A stretch of DNA of 64,000 bases from positions 21,290 through 85,289 of the forward strand of contig SYDY01000088.1 in NCBI GenBank assembly GCA_005801425.1. The letters run 5' to 3'. Under the pieces are notes generated by a model. That model was given only the letters and a program-made list of their open reading frames with translations. It was not told the DNA's origin and searched no databases. Every line of letters begins with the position of its first letter. The first letter of the stretch is position 1. Below, in pieces: positions 44,285 through 53,873 of this stretch. Both the position numbers and the translations under genes were made by a program. The stretch comes from Bdellovibrionales bacterium. Its GTDB lineage: Bacteria > Myxococcota > XYA12-FULL-58-9 > SYDY01.

Positions 44285-47200
44285 TCCGATATTTGATAAG
44301 TCAAAGTGCACTCATACGCCTTATCGTTTTTGTTATTTTCCTGTTTGGTGGCTACACCTATGCGGTGTTGATGCCTCGCGAATCATCGCCCGATATCAAA
44401 ATCCCCGTGGTGATGGTGACGACTGCTTACTTAGGCGTTTCGCCACAAGATATCGAAAAATTGGTGACCACGCCCCTTGAAAACGAATTGGCATCACTGA
44501 AAGATATCAAGAAGATGGCGTCGTCTTCGGTTGAAGGCGCGAGCATTGTGTCATTAGAATTTGAACCGAATGTCGTGATTGAAGATGCACTGCAACAGGT
44601 GCGTGATCGCGTGAATAAGGCCAAATCGAAATTGCCGGATGATGCGGAAGATCCCGATATCAATGAAATATCTTTCAGCAGTTTTCCCGTGGTCATTTTG
44701 ACTTTGGCAGGCCCCGTTCACGAAGATCTCTTAAAGAAATTGGGAAAATCTATTGCCGAGGATGCACAGAAAATTACAGGTGTTTTGGATGCGGTGGTGA
44801 CAGGGGGGCGTGAGCGCGAGATCCGTGTGCAGGTGGATCCGTATCGTTTGGCGGCACTCGGTTTGTCACTGGATGATGTGATTGGGGCCATTAAAAGCGA
44901 AAATGTGAACATTCCCGGCGGTGATGTGGCCACAGGTGACGCCCGCTTTCTTCTGCGTGTGCCTGGTGATGTGATCAAACCGTCAGATCTGGAAGTGGTT
45001 GCCATCAAACGTGTGGGTGATCGTCCTGTTCTTTTGCGTGATATCGCGCGTGTGGTCGATGATTACGAAGACCGTAAATCCTATGCACGTATGAATGGTG
45101 AATCCGCGGTTTCTGTGGGGGTGAGCAAACGTTCCGGTGCCAATATTTTGAGCGTGGTGCAATCGTTTAAGCACTTGGTGGATGAACGCTCAAAGACACC
45201 CGATTGGCCGAAGGAAGTGCAGTATCGGTTTTTGGGTGATCAATCCAAAGTTATTGAAGACATGGTTTCAGAACTTGAAAACGGCGTTCTTTCAGCTTTG
45301 GTACTGGTTGTGGCAGTTCTCATGTTTACCATGGGCATGCGCAACAGTTTGTTTGTGGCATTTTCGATCCCCGTATCGATGCTTCTTGGTGCCATCGTTC
45401 TTTCTATGTTGGGTTTTACACTTAATATGATCGTGTTGTTCTCATTGATCCTTGTTTTAGGCATGTTGGTTGATAACGGGATCGTGGTGGTTGAAAATAT
45501 ATATCGTCATTTAGAGATGGGAAAATCACTTCTTGACGCCTCAGTGGATGGCGCCAAGGAAGTCGCTATGGCGGTGACATCGTCGACGGCGACCACGGTG
45601 GTGGCATTTATCCCGCTTGTGTTTTGGTCGGGGATCACCGGCGAATTTATGAGCTACATGCCAAAAACAGTGATCATCCAATTGGTCGCCAGTTTGTTTG
45701 CGGCAGTGTGCGTGTTGCCTGTGCTTACCGCACGCTGGATGCGCATGGCACCGGTGCATGAAGGCTATGTTAAAGTACCCTCGGTGTGGAAACAACGTTA
45801 TCAAACCATGCTTGAATGGAGCATTGATCATCGTTATCTTTCAGCGGGGATCGGATTTTCGGCTTTGGTGTTGACGTTTATTCTGTACGGATTTTTCAAT
45901 GCCGGCGTCGAATTTTTTGCGGATACCGAACCCAATCGTGCAACCGTCGCGCTTCGTGCACCGGATGGTACAGATCTTGAGGCGACAGATCGCATGGTAC
46001 GTCAGATCGAAGCTCTGCTTCTCGCAGAGAAGAACGTCGACGTGTATGTGGCTGAAACGGGTGTGAGTGGTGGCACTGATCCCATGGTCGCAACTCAGTC
46101 GGCAGTCAATGTTGCGCGGCTTACGGTCGATTTTTTGCCCGATCACAATACCGTAAAAAAAGGTGAAACCGAACGCAGTGAAAAACCGTCGGTGACCATC
46201 GAACGTTTGCGCGGGCAGATGGCGTCTATCGTGGGCGCTGAGATCGCCATCGAAAAAGAACGCATGGGCCCACCCGTGGGGGCTGATATTGCCATTGAAG
46301 TTTCGGGTGAACATTTCGATGAAGTGGGCGAAACCGCAGCGGGCTTGCGTCGCCAGTTGCTTTCACAAATCAAAGGGATTGCGGAGCTTTCAGATGATTA
46401 CCGTGTTGGGCGTCCTGAATTGCGTATGCGCATCGATCGTGCCAGAGCCAAGCGCGTGGGAGCGAGCACCCAATCTGCAGCGAGTTCATTGCGCACTGCG
46501 GTTGCGGGAACCGTGGCCAGTACGTTGCGTGATGGTGATGATGAATACGATATCAGTGTGGAGGTGATGCCTGAATTTCGTGACAATTTGCAGGCGATCC
46601 TTGCCCTTCGCATTCCTGGCCGCATTGATACCCGGCCTGAAACCTTTCAGGTCCCGTTGTCATCGATAGCTTCTTATACCCTTGCGGGCGGCAGTGGCAC
46701 CATTCGTCATGTTGAACAAGATCTCGTGGTGACAATCAAAGGCAATGTAAAAGAAGGACAAAACCCCAATGAGGTACGGGCGGCAGTCGGACAATTTTTA
46801 GGAAAACAGAAATGGCCTGTGGGGATCTCGGCGCGCATGGGTGGAGCCCAAGATGAGCAGGATGAAACCGCACAATTCTTGAGTCGCGCATTTGTTGTTG
46901 CGGTCTTTTTAATTCTTGTGGTTCTTGTTGCCCAGTTTAATCGTTTTGATGTCCCCTTGATTATTTTGGCGTCCGTGATCTTATCGCTGATGGGTGTTTT
47001 ATGGGGTTTGATGCTCACGCGAACACCTTTTGGGATCATGATGACAGGGCTTGGTGTTATTTCGCTTGCAGGTGTTGTTGTGAACAATGCCATCGTGCTC
47101 TTGGATTACGTGCAGCAATTGGAAGCGCGCGGTATGGCGGTGCGTGATGCGTTGATTGAAGCAGGGCTTACGCGGCTTCGTCCTGTTCTACTTACGGCAG

Positions 47201-47427
47201 TCACGACGATCCTTGGCTTGATCCCCATGGGAATTGGTGTTTCCTTTGATTTTAAACAATGGAAATGGATTGTGGGATCGCCCAGTGCTGCATGGTGGGC
47301 ACCCATGGCGATTGCAGTGATTTTTGGTATGGCGGTTGCTACGGTGCTTACGCTGGTGATGGTTCCTACTTTGTATTCAATCATGGATGATTTGCGTAGG
47401 AAAAAATTTGTTAAATTATTTCGCTAA
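44281..47427 (+). CDS. RND efflux permease (AcrB/AcrD/AcrF family)
   Basis: 1048 aa with the 12-TM architecture and two large periplasmic loops typical of the HAE-1 family. Confidence 0.9.
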   Translation: MIRYLISQSALIRLIVFVIFLFGGYTYAVLMPRESSPDIKIPVVMVTTAYLGVSPQDIEKLVTTPLENELASLKDIKKMASSSVEGASIVSLEFEPNVVIEDALQQVRDRVNKAKSKLPDDAEDPDINEISFSSFPVVILTLAGPVHEDLLKKLGKSIAEDAQKITGVLDAVVTGGREREIRVQVDPYRLAALGLSLDDVIGAIKSENVNIPGGDVATGDARFLLRVPGDVIKPSDLEVVAIKRVGDRPVLLRDIARVVDDYEDRKSYARMNGESAVSVGVSKRSGANILSVVQSFKHLVDERSKTPDWPKEVQYRFLGDQSKVIEDMVSELENGVLSALVLVVAVLMFTMGMRNSLFVAFSIPVSMLLGAIVLSMLGFTLNMIVLFSLILVLGMLVDNGIVVVENIYRHLEMGKSLLDASVDGAKEVAMAVTSSTATTVVAFIPLVFWSGITGEFMSYMPKTVIIQLVASLFAAVCVLPVLTARWMRMAPVHEGYVKVPSVWKQRYQTMLEWSIDHRYLSAGIGFSALVLTFILYGFFNAGVEFFADTEPNRATVALRAPDGTDLEATDRMVRQIEALLLAEKNVDVYVAETGVSGGTDPMVATQSAVNVARLTVDFLPDHNTVKKGETERSEKPSVTIERLRGQMASIVGAEIAIEKERMGPPVGADIAIEVSGEHFDEVGETAAGLRRQLLSQIKGIAELSDDYRVGRPELRMRIDRARAKRVGASTQSAASSLRTAVAGTVASTLRDGDDEYDISVEVMPEFRDNLQAILALRIPGRIDTRPETFQVPLSSIASYTLAGGSGTIRHVEQDLVVTIKGNVKEGQNPNEVRAAVGQFLGKQKWPVGISARMGGAQDEQDETAQFLSRAFVVAVFLILVVLVAQFNRFDVPLIILASVILSLMGVLWGLMLTRTPFGIMMTGLGVISLAGVVVNNAIVLLDYVQQLEARGMAVRDALIEAGLTRLRPVLLTAVTTILGLIPMGIGVSFDFKQWKWIVGSPSAAWWAPMAIAVIFGMAVATVLTLVMVPTLYSIMDDLRRKKFVKLFR

Positions 47428-48184
47428 AGGGCGGTTCGCGAACCGCCCCTACAGGGCCATCGCCGACATCGGTGGCATGTTCATGCTGCTTGGACGTGTT
47501 GTACGCAATGTTTTTCGAGGCGAGATAGACCGTCCCGAGTTTTTTCGTTCAGTTGCGAACTATGGAAGTGGAACTCTCGCGATTACCTTTGCGGCCTCTT
47601 CTTTTGTGGGAATGCTGATGGTTCTTCAATCGGCGGCCTATGTTGAAAAATATGGTGCGCAGCAACTTGTGGGCTGGTTCACAGGATTTACGACGTTGCG
47701 CGAACTGGGTCCCGTGGTGATTGCGCTTATGTTTTCAGGACGGATCGGTGCGAGTCATGCAGCTGAATTGGCCGCCATGGTGACTCATGAACAAATGGAT
47801 GCGCTTAAAATCCTTGCGCTTGATGTTGTCGATATTTTGATTGCACCACGAATGGTGGCCATGGTTTTTTGTTTGGTTCTTTTGGTGGCCATGGGCAATA
47901 CGGTGGCGCTTCTTGCGGGAAGTCTTGCCGCATGGGCGTTGATGGACATTGCGCCGTCGGTATTTTTTCACGCACTTTTTGATACGCTCGGATCGGCTGA
48001 TTTTGTGCATGGACTTTGGAAATCCTCTGTCTTTGCTGTGGTGATCGGATGGGTGTCCTCGTACCAAGGACTTTGTGCTGCACGGGGCGCGTCTGCTGTG
48101 GCACAAGCGGTCAATCGACAGGTTGTTCTTTCGGCTGTTGGGATCTTTTTTGCCGACTACGCTGTCACCATGGTGATGCCATGA
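47387..48184 (+). CDS. mlaE: MlaE/YrbE-type ABC permease
   Basis: LRELGPVVIALMFSGRIGASHAAELAAM and overall similarity to MlaE. Start uncertain: ATG 47387 overlaps the RND gene and reads through the REP unit; ATG 47477 is the alternative. Confidence 0.8.
   Translation: MICVGKNLLNYFAKGRFANRPYRAIADIGGMFMLLGRVVRNVFRGEIDRPEFFRSVANYGSGTLAITFAASSFVGMLMVLQSAAYVEKYGAQQLVGWFTGFTTLRELGPVVIALMFSGRIGASHAAELAAMVTHEQMDALKILALDVVDILIAPRMVAMVFCLVLLVAMGNTVALLAGSLAAWALMDIAPSVFFHALFDTLGSADFVHGLWKSSVFAVVIGWVSSYQGLCAARGASAVAQAVNRQVVLSAVGIFFADYAVTMVMP
47429..47453. repeat. solo GTAG-tailed palindromic REP-like unit
   Basis: GGGCGGTTCGCGAACCGCCCCTACA starts 2 nt after the RND stop. It matches the right-hand unit of the copy at 48210-48286 except for one base. 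Confidence 0.8.
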
Positions 48185-49047
48185 AAAAACATAAAGACGT
48201 CATCCTCGCTGTTGGGGCGCTTCGCGAAGCGCCCGTGCGGCCTTTGAATCAAAATGTTATCGGGCGGTTCACGAACCGCCCCTACAAGAGAACACCTGAT
48301 CTACTTACATTTTTGATTTCCCCATTGGGCGATTTGATCTTGATTCCGTTGCGTACACTCTATGCCTGGCGTCGAATGGAGTGGTGCCGTGTGTGGACAT
48401 ATGCCCATGATATGGGAGCACGAACGCTGCCCTTTGTGGGCATTGTTATGGCCTGCGTGGGCGTGATCATGGTGGTTCAGTCAGCCAATCAGGCGTTGCG
48501 TATCATCGGTGACTTGAGTCCTCTGGGACCCATTTTTTTAGAACTTTTGGTGCGTGAAATGGGACCTGCGATTGTGGCATTGATGGTTTGCGCCCGTTGT
48601 GGTGCATCGCTTGCTGCGGAAGCAGGCATGCTCGTGGCGGGAGATCAATTGGATGCACTTCGATTGTGTGGAAGTGGAGCGACAACCTATCTATTTGGGC
48701 CGTCTTTGCTTGGGGGATTGCTCGTTCTGCCTGCTTTGGTTTTTTTTGGGACATGCATTGCCTATGGTGTAGGGGGTATTGCTGCCCATTTTATGTACGA
48801 TGTAGGGTGGGGCACCTATTTTGATGTCTCTCACATGCGTATTGCGGATCCTGTGATTTGTATGGTGAAAGCCTCGATCTTTGGTCTTGTGATCCCTGTA
48901 ATGGCGATCCGGGCTGGGATCAATGCGAGGGGCGGTTCTGCAGGCGTTGGTCATGCTGCCACGGTTGGCGTGATCGGATCGTCGGTCATGGTGCTTGCAT
49001 GTGATTTCTTTGTTGGGACTCTGGCGTATTTGTGGGTGCGGCCATGA
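48181..49047 (+). CDS. second MlaE/YrbE-type ABC permease paralogue
   Basis: LVREMGPAIVALMVCARCGASLAAEAGM. The ATG at 48181 forms an ATGA overlap with the upstream stop. Codons about 10-36 are the 77-bp repeat. Confidence 0.75.
   Translation: MKKHKDVILAVGALREAPVRPLNQNVIGRFTNRPYKRTPDLLTFLISPLGDLILIPLRTLYAWRRMEWCRVWTYAHDMGARTLPFVGIVMACVGVIMVVQSANQALRIIGDLSPLGPIFLELLVREMGPAIVALMVCARCGASLAAEAGMLVAGDQLDALRLCGSGATTYLFGPSLLGGLLVLPALVFFGTCIAYGVGGIAAHFMYDVGWGTYFDVSHMRIADPVICMVKASIFGLVIPVMAIRAGINARGGSAGVGHAATVGVIGSSVMVLACDFFVGTLAYLWVRP
48210..48286. repeat. second copy of the 77-bp REPIN/BIME-like doublet (inverted relative to 41736-41812)
   Basis: 74 of 77 positions match the reverse complement of 41736-41812 in a by-eye alignment. 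Confidence 0.85.
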
Positions 49048-49784
49048 TCCGGTTTGAACATGTGGCTAAACATTTTGGCAATCAAAATGTTTTACGTGAT
49101 GTATCCTATTGCGTTCCCAGGGGCCTGGTAAGTTTTGTTCTTGGTCGAAGTGGGGCAGGAAAAAGTGTTTTATCGAAGCTTGTGGTCGGTTTGCTGTATT
49201 CTGATAGTGGGTCGGTCTTTTTTGATAACGTGCTGATTAATACTTTGTCGGAACAGCATTTGCATGACGTTCGTATGCGATGCCAATACATCTTTCAGCA
49301 TGCGACATTGTTCGATTCCTTGACGGTTCTTGACAATGTTGCACTGCCTATCCGCAAACATCGTGGGTTGAATGTTCGGGCGTCCCGTTTATTGGCAGAA
49401 GAACAGCTTGCGCATTTGCACGTGGATGACATCGCCCAACAGATGCCTGAAACGTTGGGTCCAGGACAACGCAAACGTGTTGCTATTGCCCGTGCCATGG
49501 CCATGCAGCCAGACTGCCTCTTGCTTGATGAACCGACCACAGGGCTTGATCCTGTGGCAGCACGGCGTGTGGATGCGTTGATCCGTGAGGTGAGTATTCG
49601 CGAAGGGATCACGTGCATGGTGGTTAGCCATGATCTGGTGTCGGTGCGATCGATTGCTGACAATGTGGCTTTTCTGCACGAAGGGTCGATTGCATTTCAG
49701 GGCAAAGTAGAGGAATTCTTTGCGAGCACGACACCTTGTGTGCGTCGCTTTTGTGGTGGGGATCATACGCATGGTAACCGGTGA
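49044..49784 (+). CDS. mlaF: Mla-type ABC transporter ATP-binding protein
   Basis: Walker A GRSGAGKS, signature-like LGPGQRKRVAIARA, Walker B LLLDEPTTGLDP. ATGA overlap at 49044-49047. Confidence 0.85.
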   Translation: MIRFEHVAKHFGNQNVLRDVSYCVPRGLVSFVLGRSGAGKSVLSKLVVGLLYSDSGSVFFDNVLINTLSEQHLHDVRMRCQYIFQHATLFDSLTVLDNVALPIRKHRGLNVRASRLLAEEQLAHLHVDDIAQQMPETLGPGQRKRVAIARAMAMQPDCLLLDEPTTGLDPVAARRVDALIREVSIREGITCMVVSHDLVSVRSIADNVAFLHEGSIAFQGKVEEFFASTTPCVRRFCGGDHTHGNR

Positions 49785-50700
49785 ATCGAAACTTTTGTCC
49801 ATGCAGATCCGCGTGGGGCTTTTTGTTTTGGCGGGTTCGCTCGTATTGATAGGTGCGATGGCCGTGTTGAGCCATTGGTCTTTTGAACCTACGCAACGGA
49901 TATTTGCCTCATTTTCCTACGCAGGAGGTTTGCAGAGTGGCGCGCCTGTGCGCCTCGGCGGTGTGCGCATTGGGAGTGTGGTTCGCTTGGAACTTCTCGA
50001 TGAACCCCATGCACGTGAGAGTGGTCACACGGTGCGTGCGACGATCGATATTAAAAAAACTGCAGTGGCGTGGCTCAGGCGGGATGCCTGCTTGGCGATG
50101 AATACCCAAGGTTTTATTGGTGAACCCTATTTAGAGTTGGTGCCTGGACGTGAAGAAGGAACGCGTATTGATGAAGGCGGGATTTTGTGCGGCATAAGTA
50201 GCCCCCCCATGTATCAGATTGCCGCCGACATGGCGACGTTGCTCCATGCTGCCGCAGGATTTGTGGAAAATTCATCCGATCTAAAATCGACGGTAGACGA
50301 AGCACGTGCCATCTTACACGAAGCCCATCGCATATTAATTTCTGAAGGTGCATTGCGAATCATGGTTGCGGATGCCGGTGTTAGTCTGGATGCGCTCAAA
50401 CAGAATTTACCGTCGTTGCTTCGCGATGGGCGTGCTGCGACGTCTTCTCTCAAAGAGGGTGGTGTTGCCATGAATGCATTGCTTGACGATCCTGGGTTTA
50501 AGAAAGATCTTGAGAGTGTTCAGCAAAGTATTCACAAACTTGAAGTTTTAGCGACCAAAGCTGAAACGATTTTAGGTGTAATTGCATCAGGAGATGGCAC
50601 TGTGGGCGGTTTGGTGACCGATCCGCAGCTTTACAATGATCTCAAAGCGCTCGTGAATGATTTGCGAAAAAATCCATGGAAGATGGTTTGGAAAAAGTAG
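49771..50700 (+). CDS. mlaD: MCE-domain protein (MlaD-like)
   Basis: N-terminal TM (IRVGLFVLAGSLVLIGAMAV) and MCE core (GLQSGAPVRLGGVRIGSV). Start at 49771 or 49801. Confidence 0.8.
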   Translation: MVTGESKLLSMQIRVGLFVLAGSLVLIGAMAVLSHWSFEPTQRIFASFSYAGGLQSGAPVRLGGVRIGSVVRLELLDEPHARESGHTVRATIDIKKTAVAWLRRDACLAMNTQGFIGEPYLELVPGREEGTRIDEGGILCGISSPPMYQIAADMATLLHAAAGFVENSSDLKSTVDEARAILHEAHRILISEGALRIMVADAGVSLDALKQNLPSLLRDGRAATSSLKEGGVAMNALLDDPGFKKDLESVQQSIHKLEVLATKAETILGVIASGDGTVGGLVTDPQLYNDLKALVNDLRKNPWKMVWKK

Positions 50701-50719
50701 GGGCGCAGCTTGCTGCGCC
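50697..50719. repeat. GTAG-headed palindromic REP-like unit overlapping the MlaD stop codon
   Basis: GTAGGGGCGCAGCTTGCTGCGCC. The TAG at 50698-50700 is the stop codon. Confidence 0.75.
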
Positions 50720-50790
50720 TTTGTCTTGTAAAACTTCGTATTGACCCCCCATCCCGTTTTTGAGATGACTTTAACGCGGGGGGTTAAGAT

Positions 50791-51582
50791 TTGCGATATG
50801 TCATCGGCATATTGGCGTTTCTGGCGTTGGGTCTGATCGGGGCCTACGTTGTAAGCGACGAGTTGCGTGCGCGATTGCAGGCTGAGTCTGGCTATCGTGC
50901 ATACAAGGGCGGTCGTTTTGATGAAGCGATTGCCGAATATACCAGCGCGCTCAACAATATCGAAGACAAACGTGCTGTTCGACGCAATCTTGCCATGGCG
51001 CATCTTGCACGCGCCCGTGAACTTCCCGCAGAAGAAGCTGTTATTCACATTGATGAAGTGGTTTCTCAACTTACGGCCGTGATCGTTGATGGCGTTGCTG
51101 ACAGTTCACTTTGGGAATTGCTTTTAAACACATGGGTAGAAACAGGGCGTGTGGATGAAGCGCAGGCATTTCTTGAACAACGTTTAGAAAAAGATCCCTC
51201 CGCAGAAAATTATCGATTGCTTGGATGGGTCAAGGCACAAAAATCTGATTTCCGTGGTGCACTTTTGGCTTATGAAAAACGTGCGGAACTTCTTCCCAAT
51301 GAAGCCAATTCTTTTTCGTCGATTGCGATACTCACATGGGAGTGGATGCACCAAGACGGCCCAACCAACGATTACGAAGCGAAAACATTTTCAAAACGTG
51401 GTATCGAAGCGGCGCTTATCGCAGAACGTTTGCAACCAGGACACGGCTCATCGCTTGTTTATGCGGGACTTCTTTACCGCGAACTCGCGAAACGCAGCAA
51501 AGACCCCGCAGAAGTCGCAGCATTAACGGCCAGTGCTGAAAGTACCCTGGTGAAAGCGCGCGCTGGGAAAGGGACCCCGTAA
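50791..51582 (+). CDS. membrane-anchored TPR-repeat protein
   Basis: N-terminal TM followed by TPR-like helical repeats. TTG start. TAATG junction with tonB. Confidence 0.55.
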   Translation: MRYVIGILAFLALGLIGAYVVSDELRARLQAESGYRAYKGGRFDEAIAEYTSALNNIEDKRAVRRNLAMAHLARARELPAEEAVIHIDEVVSQLTAVIVDGVADSSLWELLLNTWVETGRVDEAQAFLEQRLEKDPSAENYRLLGWVKAQKSDFRGALLAYEKRAELLPNEANSFSSIAILTWEWMHQDGPTNDYEAKTFSKRGIEAALIAERLQPGHGSSLVYAGLLYRELAKRSKDPAEVAALTASAESTLVKARAGKGTP

Positions 51583-52289
51583 TGCGACTATTTGGTGGCT
51601 ACGAAGAAGGCGATCGTGGCGCAAGCAAGCGCGCGGCGGGTATGATGTCTGCTGCGTTGCTTGGTTATTTTGTGCTTGGTTTGGGTGCCGTGATGATCCC
51701 TGCGTGGGCAGTCAAACTTGTTCCACAACCTATACTCGCAGTCACGTTGTTTGAAGGCGCACCCCCGCCTCCGCCGCCACCTCCACCCAGTGGAGGAGGG
51801 GCAGAGAATACACCCAAAACAGAGCCCGATGAACCGGAAGAACTCCAAGAGGTTGATCCCGATCAAGAAGTCAAACCCGACGAGGCACCGAAGGAAGAAA
51901 ATAAAGCCGCAGGTGTTGAAGGCGGTGTTGAGGGTGGCGTTGAAGGCGGTGAAGTGGGTGGCGTTGTGGGTGGTGTGATTGGGGGTGTTTTAGGTGAAGA
52001 CAATGCAAAAACATTGGTTCGTCCTCAACAAAAATTAAGCGGCGATTTGCCTGTATTCCCTGTGAGCATTCGTGCCCAAGGTGGCTCACAAAGTGTCGTG
52101 GTGATCGCACGTGTTTGCATTGGCACCACCGGGCAGGTGACCCAGGTTCAAATTCTTCGAGGTGAAGCGTTGTATAACGAGAATGTACAATCGGCTCTGC
52201 GTACATGGCGGTATGAACCCTATCGTATGGGTGATGTACCAATTCCGGCATGTTTTCCTGTGACGCTTAATTTTCGCTTAAAGGGGTGA
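51582..52289 (+). CDS. tonB: TonB-family energy transducer
   Basis: N-terminal TM, poly-Pro (PPPPPPPPP), Glu/Lys/Pro spacer, Gly-Val repeats, C-terminal TonB fold (VIARVCIGTTGQVTQVQILRG...ALRTWRYEPY). Confidence 0.8.
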   Translation: MRLFGGYEEGDRGASKRAAGMMSAALLGYFVLGLGAVMIPAWAVKLVPQPILAVTLFEGAPPPPPPPPPSGGGAENTPKTEPDEPEELQEVDPDQEVKPDEAPKEENKAAGVEGGVEGGVEGGEVGGVVGGVIGGVLGEDNAKTLVRPQQKLSGDLPVFPVSIRAQGGSQSVVVIARVCIGTTGQVTQVQILRGEALYNENVQSALRTWRYEPYRMGDVPIPACFPVTLNFRLKG

Positions 52290-52293
52290 GACC

Positions 52294-52968
52294 ATGGATT
52301 TTAGTTTTATTGAGATGTGGCATGCGATGGGCTTTGTGGCCCGTTTGGTTGTGCTAATTTTGGCATTGATGGCCGTGGCTGTGACTGGCGTGAGTATTGA
52401 GCGCTATCGAACATTTCGTAACGCACGAAAGCGCGCCGATGGTTTTGTTCAAAAACTTCGCGCTGTGTTTGAACAAAATGCCGGCAAAGAAATGGAAGCA
52501 GTGAGTGCCATGGCCAAAGAACATGCAGGATCGCCTGTGGCTGCTGTGGCTTTGACGGCTGTTGAAGCTTTTTCCCGCCGTGATGGTCATGTGGATGCGC
52601 TTGATCTTGTGGTTGGGATCAACCGCGCCGTTGAACGAAGCATTGAACGAGAAACAAGCACGCTCAAATGGGGTTTGGGAGGTCTTGCAACCATTGCGAC
52701 GACAGCACCCTTCGTCGGTTTGTTCGGAACAGTCATCGGTATTATCACTGCGTTTCAAACCATGTCATCGACGGGTTCAGGAGGTTTGGATGCCGTCGCA
52801 GGTGGTATTGCTGAAGCCTTGGTTGCGACGGCGTTTGGTCTTGTGGTCGCCATTCCTGCGGTGGGTTTGTACAACTATTTCAGCGGCGTTGTAGATGGTT
52901 TTGTGATCGATATGGATGAAGTGGCGTCAGAGCTTGTGGAAGTTGTTCTTCTCCGAGATGTCCGATGA
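52294..52968 (+). CDS. exbB: MotA/TolQ/ExbB proton-channel protein
   Basis: TAPFVGLFGTVIGIITAF motif and 3 TM segments. Confidence 0.85.
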   Translation: MDFSFIEMWHAMGFVARLVVLILALMAVAVTGVSIERYRTFRNARKRADGFVQKLRAVFEQNAGKEMEAVSAMAKEHAGSPVAAVALTAVEAFSRRDGHVDALDLVVGINRAVERSIERETSTLKWGLGGLATIATTAPFVGLFGTVIGIITAFQTMSSTGSGGLDAVAGGIAEALVATAFGLVVAIPAVGLYNYFSGVVDGFVIDMDEVASELVEVVLLRDVR

Positions 52969-53447
52969 AACAGGCACGTCGCGCCGATATAACGCTTTGG
53001 CGAAAACTTGAAATGCTGGACACACCGGCACGTCAGGCGCGTGTGCATGGGCGAACAGGCACGACCCAATCGGCGGATATTAATATCACGCCTTTGGTTG
53101 ATGTTGTGTTGGTGCTTCTTATTATCTTCATGGTTGTAACGCCCATGCTTGCCCGCGAAATAGCACTTCCACGGGTGGTTTCGCCTATGAGCTGGGTGGG
53201 CAGCGAAGATGAAATTCGTGTGGCCATTGACGCCAAATCAACCTTGTTTGTTGGCAAAGAAGAAGTGTCCCGAGAAAATTTACCGAAGCAACTTGCGGCT
53301 GCGGTCAACAAAAGCAAAAGTCGTCATGTTTATTTGGAGGTGGACCAAGAAGTCGATTTCGCCTTGGTTCGTGTGGTGCTTGAAGTATTGCGCGATCTCG
53401 GCTTGTCCACGGTAGGCCTTGGTGCGCTTGTGGATGCGGAGACTTAA
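52965..53447 (+). CDS. exbD: ExbD/TolR biopolymer transport protein
   Basis: INITPLVDVVLVLLIIFMV. ATGA-coupled. Confidence 0.85.
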   Translation: MKQARRADITLWRKLEMLDTPARQARVHGRTGTTQSADINITPLVDVVLVLLIIFMVVTPMLAREIALPRVVSPMSWVGSEDEIRVAIDAKSTLFVGKEEVSRENLPKQLAAAVNKSKSRHVYLEVDQEVDFALVRVVLEVLRDLGLSTVGLGALVDAET

Positions 53448-53450
53448 CGT

Positions 53451-53873
53451 ATGGGAATGGTCGCAAGCAAAGGCGGAAAATGTTCGGGCATCAATATCAC
53501 GCCCTTGGTTGACGTGGTTTTGGTGCTATTGATTATTTTTATGGTGTTAAGCCCTACGGCAAGTTTTTATGTTCCCAATGCATTGCCTAAAAAAAGTGAT
53601 CGCGATGTGAGTGTTGTGGTTCGTCAAGAACAGGCCATTGTTCAGCTTCTTCACGATGGGTCGCATTTGTTTCAAGGAAATCCGATTCAGCTGTTGGCAT
53701 TTCCTGATGCGGTTCGTGGATTTTTAGAAGAGCGTAAAGACAAGACGGTTTTTTTCTCGGTGCAAGATGGTGTTCATTATGGCGAAGTGGCGCGTTGGAT
53801 GGCGCTTGCGCGTGCATCTGGTGCGAGCACGGTCGCACTTCAAGTCACAGGACCGAAGGAGCATGAAGGATGA
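53451..53873 (+). CDS. exbD: ExbD/TolR biopolymer transport protein (second copy)
   Basis: INITPLVDVVLVLLIIFMV repeated; 140 aa. Confidence 0.85.
   Translation: MGMVASKGGKCSGINITPLVDVVLVLLIIFMVLSPTASFYVPNALPKKSDRDVSVVVRQEQAIVQLLHDGSHLFQGNPIQLLAFPDAVRGFLEERKDKTVFFSVQDGVHYGEVARWMALARASGASTVALQVTGPKEHEG

Noticed and set aside
48765-48790. GTAGGGGGTATTGCTGCCC inside the second mlaE as a further REP copy
   Set aside because: Only the head and a few positions match and there is no palindrome. This is probably chance similarity within coding sequence.
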